Below are positions 9,418 to 18,029 of a stretch of 64,000 nucleotides of DNA, piece after piece (position 1 is the stretch's first letter; the number at the start of each line of letters is the position of its first letter). The position numbers and the translations under genes are program-made. The notes below the pieces were generated by a model. It ran no database searches, was not told the DNA's origin, and saw nothing but the letters and a program-made list of their open reading frames with translations. The DNA is from an uncultured Oscillospiraceae bacterium (GTDB lineage: Bacteria > Bacillota > Clostridia > Oscillospirales > Acutalibacteraceae): contig UQFL01000001.1 of assembly GCA_900540305.1 (NCBI GenBank), forward strand, positions 45,144-109,143, read 5' to 3'.

Positions 9418-10680
9418 ATGTCAGAAACAAAATTTACAAATATAAGTAGTGGCGACGAAGAGGAAAAAGCACTTCTGATTTCCGTTGATACGGGCGAATT
9501 TGACGCCGAGGTGTCTGCCGCAGAGCTTGAGGAGCTTGCCTCAACGGCAGGCGCACGAGTGCTCGCCTGTATGATACAAAAAAGAGAAGCACCCACCGCT
9601 TCGTCATATGTAGGAGCAGGCAGACTGCGTGAAATAAGCGATTTCTGCGGCTCTAACGATGTTGATTTAATTATTGCCGACGGCGAGCTTTCACCCGTTC
9701 AGGTGAGAAATATTGAGGACAGCACAGGCGTCAGAGTAATTGACAGAACAACGCTGATTCTTGATATATTCGCTAAAAGGGCACGCTCGGCAGAGGGTAA
9801 AATTCAGGTTGAGCTGGCTCAGCTTAAATATTCGCTTCCCCGCCTTACGGGAAAAGGCACAAGTCTTTCAAGGCTCGGAGGCGGAATAGGAACAAGAGGC
9901 CCAGGCGAAACAAAACTTGAAACAGATAAACGCCATATCAGGCGCAGGATTCAGTGTCTTAACGAAAGTCTTGATAAAATAGAACGCCGCCGTCTTGCAA
10001 TGCACCGCAGACGGCAGAAAAACGGCGTTGAGGCTGTTGCGATTGTAGGATATACAAATGTCGGCAAATCAACGCTTATGAACAGGCTTACAAGCGCAGG
10101 TGTGCTTGAGGAAAACAAGCTGTTTGCAACCCTTGACCCAACTGCAAGAAAACTCACCCTGACTGACGGCAGAGAAATTATGCTTATTGATACGGTAGGA
10201 CTTGTGCGCAGACTTCCTCATCAGCTTGTGGACGCTTTCCGCTCAACTCTTGAAGAGGCGCTATGGGCAGATGTTATTTTGAATGTGTGCGATGCTTCAA
10301 GCCCTGAATGTAACGAGCATATTAAGGTTACAAACGATTTGCTGTCCTCGCTTGGATGTGACGGCAAGCCTGTTATAAATGTTATGAACAAATGCGACCT
10401 TGTGCCCGAACTTCTCGATTATCCGCTCATAGGCAGAAGCGTGTGCGTAAGCGCAAAAACAGGGCTCGGAATAGACGAACTCCTTGAGGAAATTTCAACG
10501 GCTTTGCCTTACAAAAGGCGCAGGGTAACTGTTCTTGTTCCGTTTTCAGACGGCTCTGTTCTTTCTGAAATCAGAAAAAACGGCGTTGTCTATTCTGAGG
10601 AATATCTTGAAAACGGAGTAAAAATAGACGCTCTTGCCGATGTTGCCTATCTTGATAAAATAAAAGATTATATTTTATAA
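9418..10680 (+). CDS. hflX: GTPase HflX
   Basis: An HflX N-terminal domain is followed by a G domain with GYTNVGKSTLMN (G1), DTVG (G3) and NKCD (G4). Confidence 0.9.
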   Translation: MSETKFTNISSGDEEEKALLISVDTGEFDAEVSAAELEELASTAGARVLACMIQKREAPTASSYVGAGRLREISDFCGSNDVDLIIADGELSPVQVRNIEDSTGVRVIDRTTLILDIFAKRARSAEGKIQVELAQLKYSLPRLTGKGTSLSRLGGGIGTRGPGETKLETDKRHIRRRIQCLNESLDKIERRRLAMHRRRQKNGVEAVAIVGYTNVGKSTLMNRLTSAGVLEENKLFATLDPTARKLTLTDGREIMLIDTVGLVRRLPHQLVDAFRSTLEEALWADVILNVCDASSPECNEHIKVTNDLLSSLGCDGKPVINVMNKCDLVPELLDYPLIGRSVCVSAKTGLGIDELLEEISTALPYKRRRVTVLVPFSDGSVLSEIRKNGVVYSEEYLENGVKIDALADVAYLDKIKDYIL

Positions 10681-10734
10681 TTTGTGATTATATTTTCGTT
10701 TGCCGCCTCATAAGATTTTTTATGAGGTGGTATT

Positions 10735-11205
10735 ATGAAAATGTTTACTTTAAGGCTTAAGCCGAAAACTATTTTCGGGCTTATTCTTATTGTTACGGGC
10801 ATTGTTGTTATAGCTATTACTTTCTTTTCAAACCATGTGGAGGACAGCAGACAGGCGGCAAATTCCGTTGCGGTTGCCACAAACGAGGAAAGAGAACAGT
10901 ATTTAACTTCGCTCGGATGGGAATTTAATATCGAGTGTACTGAAAAGGAAATTATTATTCCTCAGCAGTTCAACGATACATATCAGCAATATAATGAAAT
11001 TCAAAAAGCGCAGGGCTTTAATTTAGAGGATTACAAGGGGCAGAGCGCCGTTGTATATACATATAACATTACTAATTACGAGGGCTACGAAAACAGAGAT
11101 TGCATTTTTGCAAATCTTATTGTCTGCGAGGGAAAACTTATCGGCGGAGATGTCTGCTCCACTTCCGTTTCGGACGGTTTTATGCAGGGACTTCAAAAAC
11201 AGTAA
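10735..11205 (+). CDS. Small N-terminally membrane-anchored protein of unknown function, possibly DUF4830 family
   Basis: 156 aa with a TM helix at residues 12-32 followed by a soluble domain. The family assignment is from memory of DUF4830-type proteins common in Clostridia and is low confidence. Confidence 0.45.
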   Translation: MKMFTLRLKPKTIFGLILIVTGIVVIAITFFSNHVEDSRQAANSVAVATNEEREQYLTSLGWEFNIECTEKEIIIPQQFNDTYQQYNEIQKAQGFNLEDYKGQSAVVYTYNITNYEGYENRDCIFANLIVCEGKLIGGDVCSTSVSDGFMQGLQKQ

Positions 11206-11250
11206 TTTATCCGCCGCTCGCTTTAAAGCTCTTTTATACGGATTTTTTAA

Positions 11251-11964
11251 ATGGATAGAATAGATAAAATAATATCCTCGTCGCTTTCTATAACAAGAAG
11301 CGAAGCGAGGGACGCCGTAAAGCACGGCAGGGTTTGTGTAAACGGAAAAACCGTGAAATCACCTGCCGAAAAGGCGGATGCTCAAAAAGATAAGATAACC
11401 GTTGATAATAACGAAATAGTCTTTTGCGAATTTGTGTATATTATGATGAATAAGCCTAAGGGCGTTATTTCGTCAACGGACGGGAAAAAGACAAACGAAA
11501 AAACAGTTATTGATATTCTGCCTGAAAATATGAAAAGAAGAAATCTTTTTCCCGCAGGCAGGCTTGATAAGAATACTACGGGTTTTATCCTCATAACTGA
11601 TGACGGAAAATTTGCCCACGATATTCTAAGCCCGAAAAAGCATATAAGCAAAACTTATATAGCTGAACTGGACAAACCGTTTGACAGCGAAGTGGAAACG
11701 GCGTTTTCAAAGGGCGTTGTAATCGGGGAAGATGTTTGTCTTCCTGCACTGCTTGAAAGCGTAAACGATAGCAGAACAACTGCAAGGGTTACTATATCTC
11801 AGGGAATGTATCATCAGATAAAAAGAATGTTCTCAGTGTTCGGAATTGAAGTTGTAGAACTCAAAAGAATAAAAATGGGAAAGCTTGAACTTGATGAAAA
11901 TCTGCTCCCCGGGGAGTGCCGTTACCTCTCAAAGGAAGAATTAAACCTTATCAAAGAACGATGA
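11251..11964 (+). CDS. rRNA pseudouridine synthase, RsuA/RluB family (S4 domain plus catalytic domain)
   Basis: An N-terminal S4-like RNA-binding region (RIDKIISSSLSITRSEARDAVKHGRVCVNG) is followed by the catalytic block containing the NKPKGVISS...GRLDKNTTGFILITDDG motif with the catalytic Asp. Confidence 0.85.
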   Translation: MDRIDKIISSSLSITRSEARDAVKHGRVCVNGKTVKSPAEKADAQKDKITVDNNEIVFCEFVYIMMNKPKGVISSTDGKKTNEKTVIDILPENMKRRNLFPAGRLDKNTTGFILITDDGKFAHDILSPKKHISKTYIAELDKPFDSEVETAFSKGVVIGEDVCLPALLESVNDSRTTARVTISQGMYHQIKRMFSVFGIEVVELKRIKMGKLELDENLLPGECRYLSKEELNLIKER

Positions 11965-11984
11965 AATATGTGTTAAAATGTCGT

Positions 11985-12012
11985 CAAACCACTATATATT
12001 GTGGTTTTTGGC
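11985..12012 (+). terminator. Rho-independent terminator after the pseudouridine synthase gene
   Basis: Stem aaaccac / gtggttt with loop tatatatt is followed by TTTTTGG. Confidence 0.7.
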
Positions 12013-12071
12013 GGCATTTTTGTTGCTTTATGCAAGTTAAACAAAAAAATACAGAAATTGTTGGAAAAAGC

Positions 12072-12100
12072 TTGCAAAATGATGAAGAGCCTTGTATAAT
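12072..12100 (+). promoter_or_regulatory. Sigma-A-type promoter with an extended -10 element for the PucR-like regulator gene
   Basis: TTGCAA at 12072-12077, a 17 nt spacer, then TGTTATAAT at 12093-12100. Confidence 0.55.
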
Positions 12101-12204
12101 ATGAACAAGAGAATTGAAACGCTTTTGTGCAATATTTTATTTGCATTTTATAAAGAGGGTAAATTCTGTTCAGTATTATGTTATATTAAGAGGGAGGGAT
12201 TCTT

Positions 12205-13290
12205 TTGCCTAACAGATTATTTCAGGGCATTGTGAATCAGATGAGAGATACTATGGACCGTAATGTCGGCGTTGTCGATGAAAGCGGTACCGTAATTGCC
12301 TGCTCGGAGCTTGGCCAGATAGGCGAAATCCGCAAGGGCGTTGTTTCAGCTGGTGTTTTTGCCGGACTTCAAACTTGTGTTGACGGCTTTACTTATAAAG
12401 CGTTCGGTAGCTCGGTTCACCCCGAATACGCCGTTTGCGTTGAGGGTACGGACGATATGAGCAAGCGTTACGCTGATATTATTTCCGTTGCCTTAAATCA
12501 GATTAAGCAGAATAATGATGAAAAGTTTGATCGCTCAAATTTCGTTAAGAATGTTATTCTTGATAATATTCTTCCCGGCGATATTTATATCAAGAGCAGG
12601 GAACTTCATTTTAATAACGACGCAACAAGAGTTGTTTTCATTATCAGAGTTCCCGATAAAACCGATGTTTCCGTATACGATGTTATTCAGAATTTCTTCC
12701 CCGATAAAACTAAGGATTTCGTTATAAATGTCAACGAAACGGATATTGCACTTGTTAAAGAAGTGCGCCCGAATGTTGAGATGAAAGACCTTGAAAAGCT
12801 TGCCCGTTCAATCTGCGATACTCTTTCAACAGAGTTTTACTGCAACGCCGTTGTCGGCATAGGCACTTGTGTTACGGGTGTAAAAGACCTTGCACGCTCA
12901 TTCAAGGAAGCTCAGGTTTCTCTTGAGGTTGGCAAAGTATTTGATACCGAACAGCCGATAGCAAGCTATGAAAATCTCGGTATTGCAAGACTTATCTATC
13001 AGCTTCCCACAACTCTTTGCGAGATGTATCTCAAGGAAGTTTTCAAAACGGGTTCAATTGAATCACTTGACCAGGAAACACTTTTCACTATTCAAAAGTT
13101 CTTTGAAAACAACCTCAATGTTTCCGAAACAAGCCGTAAGCTTTTCGTTCATAGAAATACACTTGTTTACAGACTTGAAAAAATCAAGAAGATTACAGGC
13201 CTTGACCTCAGAGAGTTTGATGACGCTATCGTTTTCAAAGTTGCTCTTATGGTTAATAAGTACCTTGAATCAAGTCCTATTAAATATTAA
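12205..13290 (+). CDS. PucR/CdaR-family transcriptional regulator with a C-terminal PucR-type HTH
   Basis: TTG start preceded by the RBS AGGGAGGG. The C-terminus ...SETSRKLFVHRNTLVYRLEKIKKITGLDLREFDD... is a typical PucR C-terminal HTH. The N-terminal domain is unassigned. Confidence 0.65.
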   Translation: MPNRLFQGIVNQMRDTMDRNVGVVDESGTVIACSELGQIGEIRKGVVSAGVFAGLQTCVDGFTYKAFGSSVHPEYAVCVEGTDDMSKRYADIISVALNQIKQNNDEKFDRSNFVKNVILDNILPGDIYIKSRELHFNNDATRVVFIIRVPDKTDVSVYDVIQNFFPDKTKDFVINVNETDIALVKEVRPNVEMKDLEKLARSICDTLSTEFYCNAVVGIGTCVTGVKDLARSFKEAQVSLEVGKVFDTEQPIASYENLGIARLIYQLPTTLCEMYLKEVFKTGSIESLDQETLFTIQKFFENNLNVSETSRKLFVHRNTLVYRLEKIKKITGLDLREFDDAIVFKVALMVNKYLESSPIKY

Positions 13291-13538
13291 AAAATTCCGG
13301 AATTTAATATTTCCGGTAATATCTGCTAAAATTCCGGTAATACATAATTGTGTTGCCGGATTTTTTCATATACATTTGAAAATCAATTCTTGTGTTTACA
13401 AAAGCGTTACATAATTTACAAAAAAGCAACAAATATAACTTGATTTATATCTCGATTTGTTTTATTATATATTAGAGAAAATTTAAAGAATTTTATTCTT
13501 CCGCTATTGCGGAATGTTAAGTTAAGAGGTAAAAAATA

Positions 13539-14369
13539 GTGATTGAATTTCGTGATGTTACCAAAGTTTACGGAAGCAACGGAACAAAAGCTCTCAACAA
13601 TGTAAATATAAAAGTTGAGGACGGGGAATTCGTTTTTGTTGTAGGTTCTTCCGGAGCAGGTAAAAGTACATTTTTAAAGCTTATTATGCACGAGGAAAAG
13701 CCCACAAGCGGCGTTGTTGTTGTCGGCGATTATTCCTCTGATACCATTAAGAAAAAACAGGTGCCTTATTACAGAAGAACTATGGGCATTGTTTTTCAGG
13801 ATTTCCGCTTGATACCCAAAATGAGCGTTTATGATAATGTTGCGTTTGCAATGCGTGTTATCGGCGCAAAGGAAAAGGAAATCAGAAAAAGAGTGCCTTA
13901 TATTCTCCAGCTTGTAGGTCTTTCCCACAAGGCACGCTCAATGCCGAATGAGCTTTCAGGCGGTGAGCAGCAGCGTGTTTCACTCGCAAGAGCGCTTGTA
14001 AATAACCCCAAGCTTATCGTTGCGGACGAGCCTACGGGAAATGTAGACCCTGAAATGAGCCACGAGATTGTTGAAATGCTTACTAAAATCAACAATAACG
14101 GCACAACGGTTATCATGGTAACGCATGAGCATTCTCTTGTTAAGGCGTTTCCTCGCAGAGTAATTGTTATTAAAAACGGCGAAGTTGTTTCGGATACTCC
14201 CGACCCCACTCACGCACGCTTTGAATCGGACGAGCCTCAGAAAGCAACGGATATGTATTTCTTCAATGAAAATGTCAAACTCGGAAATGAGATTGAAGAT
14301 ATTTTTGATTCCATTGAAGACGGAGATTCCGATAATTCAGAAGACGGTGAAAACGGGGGTGAGGCATAA
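13539..14369 (+). CDS. ftsE: Cell-division ABC transporter ATP-binding protein FtsE, with an acidic C-terminal extension
   Basis: GTG start after the RBS AAGAGGTAAAAAAT. Walker A GSSGAGKST, ABC signature LSGGEQQRV and Walker B LIVADEP are present. The last ~50 aa are Asp/Glu-rich (EDIFDSIEDGDSDNSEDGENGGEA). Confidence 0.9.
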   Translation: MIEFRDVTKVYGSNGTKALNNVNIKVEDGEFVFVVGSSGAGKSTFLKLIMHEEKPTSGVVVVGDYSSDTIKKKQVPYYRRTMGIVFQDFRLIPKMSVYDNVAFAMRVIGAKEKEIRKRVPYILQLVGLSHKARSMPNELSGGEQQRVSLARALVNNPKLIVADEPTGNVDPEMSHEIVEMLTKINNNGTTVIMVTHEHSLVKAFPRRVIVIKNGEVVSDTPDPTHARFESDEPQKATDMYFFNENVKLGNEIEDIFDSIEDGDSDNSEDGENGGEA

Positions 14370-15289
14370 TGACAAGTTCGAGTTTAAATTACCTCTTTAA
14401 AGAGGGCTTCAGAAATATCTGGTCAAACAGAATGATGAGTATTGCCTCAATCTGTGTTCTTATGAGCTGTCTTGTTCTTATAGGCTGCGCTTCAATGATC
14501 TTTCTGAATATTGAATCTTTGCTCGGCAAAATGGAAGAGCAGAATGTAATCATGGTTTATATAGAGGACGATACTCCGGACGCTGACATTGAAGCTATGG
14601 GTACTTCTCTTAAAAATATGAACAACATAAAAGAAGTTGAATTTGTATCAAAAGAATCAGCTTGGGAAGAACAGCTTTCAACAATGGAAGAGGCTCAGGC
14701 TCAGTTCTTTACCGAAATAAGCTCGGATATTCCGCTTCCTGATGCTTACAAGGTTACTGTTGATGATTTAACTTATTTTGACGATACGGTAAATGAAATA
14801 AAACAGCTTCAGCATATTGATACAATCAGGGAAAATAAGGACCTTGCAGAAAAGCTTCTTACTATACGCCACGGCGTTGAGGTTATTTCCATAATTATTG
14901 TTGCAGTATTGCTTGCAATAAGCGTATTTATTATTTCAAACACAATCAAGCTTACGGTTTACTCAAGAAGACTTGAAATTAGCATTATGAAATCGGTTGG
15001 TGCTACAAACAGTTTTGTAAGATTCCCGTTTGTTGTTGAAGGTATGATTTTGGGAATTATTTCCGGTATTATATCGCTCGGTCTTGTGTGGGCGTTCTAT
15101 GAATTTGCCGTTAAGCAGTTTGGCGATTTGCTCACTTCGCTTCAGCTTGAGGCGCTTAATTTCGCTGATTTTGCACTCCCCATGCTCGGTATCTTTATCG
15201 GCATAGGTATAATTACGGGTGTAGGCGGCGCATTGATTTCAATGGGCAAATATCTTAACAAGGAAGGTAGTGAGATAAGTGGCATCTAA
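14369..15289 (+). CDS. ftsX: Cell-division permease FtsX
   Basis: Overlaps ftsE as ATGA. It has four TM segments with a large extracytoplasmic loop between TM1 and TM2, and an FtsX-like C-terminal TM bundle. Confidence 0.85.
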   Translation: MTSSSLNYLFKEGFRNIWSNRMMSIASICVLMSCLVLIGCASMIFLNIESLLGKMEEQNVIMVYIEDDTPDADIEAMGTSLKNMNNIKEVEFVSKESAWEEQLSTMEEAQAQFFTEISSDIPLPDAYKVTVDDLTYFDDTVNEIKQLQHIDTIRENKDLAEKLLTIRHGVEVISIIIVAVLLAISVFIISNTIKLTVYSRRLEISIMKSVGATNSFVRFPFVVEGMILGIISGIISLGLVWAFYEFAVKQFGDLLTSLQLEALNFADFALPMLGIFIGIGIITGVGGALISMGKYLNKEGSEISGI

Positions 15290-16514
15290 AAATTTAGTAA
15301 AAGTTTTTTGTGTAATTTTAAGTGTGTTCATGATGCTTTCTTCTTCCGTTTCAGTTTATGCTGAATCCATTTCGGATTTAAATGATAAAATCGACAAGAT
15401 GGAAGAGGAGAACAAGGAACTTGAAAAAGAGCTTAAACAGCTTGAAAGCCAAAAGGCAGATAAAGAAGCATATGCAAATGTACTTATGCAGAAGGTTAAT
15501 GTTCTTAAAGATAAGCTTGATGCACTTGAAGATAGTAAATCAGCTCTTGAAAGTGAAATCGACAAAATTGAGGCTGATATAGAACAAACTGTTAAAGAGA
15601 TTGATGCGGCTCAAAAGGAGATAGACGCTAAGGAAAAAGAGTTTGAAGGTATTTACTATGAATACTGCCAGCGCCTCAGAGCTATGTATATCTCAGGCAA
15701 TGTTACAACCCTTGAAATTCTTCTTGAAAGCGGCGATATAGGCTCAGTTCTCACTCGTGCAGAAATGGTAAAATGCGTTTCTGAGCAGGACAGCGATACT
15801 CTTGATTCTCTTATGAAGAAAATGCAGGAGATTCAGGACAAAAAACACGAGATAGAAAAGAACAAGCTTGCTCTTGAGGAAAACAAGAAAACGCTTGATA
15901 CAAGAAAAGAGGAGCTTCAGGCTTCTATTGATGATTACAGTGCTTCTAAAAAAGAACTTGATGCTGAGGTAGCTGAATGTAATGCTGCAATTAAGTCGCT
16001 TGATTCAACAAAATCAGAGATTAAGGAAACCATTTCAGCTAACGAAGAAGAGATGAGGCAGATTGATAACGAAATCAATCAGGCTTTGAATGGCTCAGGA
16101 GCAAACAACCCCGGAAGCGATAATTATAACCCCGGAACAGGTCAGCTTGCATATCCCACAAGTTACAGAACTATTTCTGCAGGCTATCCCAATTACAGCA
16201 GCGGCGCTTATCACGGCGGTGTAGACTGGCCTTGTCCCACAGGAACTGCGGTTCATGCGGCGGATTCAGGTGTTGTTGTTATTGCTAAAAGGCTTACATA
16301 CAGCTACGGCCAGTATATTGTTATTGACCACGGCAACGGTCTTTCAACACTCTATGCTCATAACAGCTCACTTTGCGTAAGCGTTGGTGACAAGGTATCA
16401 AAGGGTCAGCTCATTTCATATTCAGGTTCAACGGGTAACTCAACAGGTCCTCACCTCCATTTTGAGGTAAGACTTAACGGTACAAGAGTAAATCCGATGA
16501 ATTATCTTGGCTGA
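15279..16514 (+). CDS. Secreted coiled-coil M23 (LytM-type) peptidoglycan metalloendopeptidase, EnvC/PcsB-like, paralogue 1
   Basis: Overlaps ftsX by 11 nt. It has a signal peptide, a ~250 aa heptad-rich coiled coil containing RLRAMYISG...LTRAEMVK, and a C-terminal M23 domain with intact HxxxD (HGGVD) and HxH (GPHLHFE) motifs. Confidence 0.85.
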   Translation: MASKNLVKVFCVILSVFMMLSSSVSVYAESISDLNDKIDKMEEENKELEKELKQLESQKADKEAYANVLMQKVNVLKDKLDALEDSKSALESEIDKIEADIEQTVKEIDAAQKEIDAKEKEFEGIYYEYCQRLRAMYISGNVTTLEILLESGDIGSVLTRAEMVKCVSEQDSDTLDSLMKKMQEIQDKKHEIEKNKLALEENKKTLDTRKEELQASIDDYSASKKELDAEVAECNAAIKSLDSTKSEIKETISANEEEMRQIDNEINQALNGSGANNPGSDNYNPGTGQLAYPTSYRTISAGYPNYSSGAYHGGVDWPCPTGTAVHAADSGVVVIAKRLTYSYGQYIVIDHGNGLSTLYAHNSSLCVSVGDKVSKGQLISYSGSTGNSTGPHLHFEVRLNGTRVNPMNYLG

Positions 16515-16605
16515 TGATTTAAAATTTAATATTCTTAAAGGCAAATAATATTTACAACATTGTAAATAATATTTACATAACTTATTTAATAATATATAAT
16601 AGGAT

Positions 16606-18006
16606 GTGGAGTCAATGAAACTTGATAATATGCTAAAAAAAGGCGTATGCGGTTTATTGGCTTCACTATTTCTTTTTTCAGCAGTATTTTTAATTCAACC
16701 GTCTAAAATAATAACTGCTCAAGGTTCTGATATGACTGCTCAGCAGGAAAAAGCAGCTTTGGAGCAACGAATTAAGGAGACTGAAAATAAACTCAGCGAA
16801 CTGAGAGAGCAGTCCTCCAATACGCAGGAGTACTTAAATACGCTGACAAATAAAATATCTTACCTCAACGAGCAGTATGATTTAGTAAGCAGTGAGGTTG
16901 AGAACGATAAAAAGCAGATAGAAACTTTAAAAAAAACTTATTCAGAAAATGAGAAATCAATAGCAACGGCTAAAGAAAATCTTGTAACGCTTCAGGCGGA
17001 CTATGATACGGCCGTTGAAGATTTCAACGAAAGTTACGATATATATGCTCAGAGAATGAGAGCAATGTATATCAGCGGCGAAACGAATATCATTGTTTTT
17101 CTCATTACAAGCCAGGATATTTCCCAGCTTTTAACACGCCTTGAAATGATAAAGCGCATTTCCGAAATGGATGCAAAACTTCTCTCTCAAATCGACAGCG
17201 AGATAGAGAACATTCAGCTTTCAAAGGAAAACATTTCCAAGGAACAGCAGGAACTTGAGCAGTCGCAGATAAATCTGAAAAATACACAGACGGCTCTTGA
17301 AAAAGCGCTTCCCGAGCTTGAGGAAAAGCAAAACGAGCTTGCAGATAAAAAAACAGAGCTTGATAAAGAACGCTCAGAGGCAAATTCGCTTTTGCTTTCG
17401 CTCAATGAAGAAACGGGAAATTATACGGAATTTTTGATAGATGATAAAGCGGCTATGGCGGAGATTGACGCCGCTATTGAAGACGCCGCAGACAAATATC
17501 AGGACGAAACAACAACTCAAAAGCCCACCGAAGGCGGCGGGGATGACTCTCAGCAGACAACCGCAAAGCCTGATACGGGCAGTAAATATATCAGCTTAAC
17601 ATATCCCGTCCCCTCCCAAACTAAAATAACCTGCGCATTTGGGGAATACTCAGGTCACAGCGGAGTGGATTTCAGTTGCCCCACGGGCTCTGATGTTGTG
17701 GCGGCTGAATCGGGAACTGTAATTATTTCCGCAGACCTAAAAAATCCTGACGGAACTTACAGAAGCTACGGCAGATATATTGTTATAATGCACGATAAAA
17801 CAACTTCATCGGGCGACGCGGTTTATACACTGTACGCCCACAACTCCGAAAGGCTTGTTTCTGCCGGAACTTATGTTCAAAAAGGGCAGAAGATAGCCGA
17901 ATCGGGCTCTACGGGAAATTCAACGGGTCCGCATTGTCATTTTGAAGTGCGTACTCCAAATTCAAGCTATTCAGCCTGCAAAGACCCTGCGATTTATCTC
18001 CCGTAA
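16606..18006 (+). CDS. Secreted coiled-coil M23 metalloendopeptidase, paralogue 2
   Basis: It has a signal peptide, a coiled coil with the conserved RMRAMYISG...LTRLEMIK block, and an M23 domain (HSGVD ... GPHCHFE). The start is either the GTG at 16606 or the ATG at 16615. Confidence 0.85.
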   Translation: MESMKLDNMLKKGVCGLLASLFLFSAVFLIQPSKIITAQGSDMTAQQEKAALEQRIKETENKLSELREQSSNTQEYLNTLTNKISYLNEQYDLVSSEVENDKKQIETLKKTYSENEKSIATAKENLVTLQADYDTAVEDFNESYDIYAQRMRAMYISGETNIIVFLITSQDISQLLTRLEMIKRISEMDAKLLSQIDSEIENIQLSKENISKEQQELEQSQINLKNTQTALEKALPELEEKQNELADKKTELDKERSEANSLLLSLNEETGNYTEFLIDDKAAMAEIDAAIEDAADKYQDETTTQKPTEGGGDDSQQTTAKPDTGSKYISLTYPVPSQTKITCAFGEYSGHSGVDFSCPTGSDVVAAESGTVIISADLKNPDGTYRSYGRYIVIMHDKTTSSGDAVYTLYAHNSERLVSAGTYVQKGQKIAESGSTGNSTGPHCHFEVRTPNSSYSACKDPAIYLP

Positions 18007-18029
18007 AAATTTTTAAGGGGTGCTTTGCC

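Noticed and set aside
10681-10734. Hairpin cctcat-N10-atgagg between hflX and the next gene, as a possible terminator
   Set aside because: The T-run lies inside the loop rather than after the stem. The 3' arm also contains the GAGGTGG RBS of the next gene. It is more likely a translation-modulating structure or coincidental.
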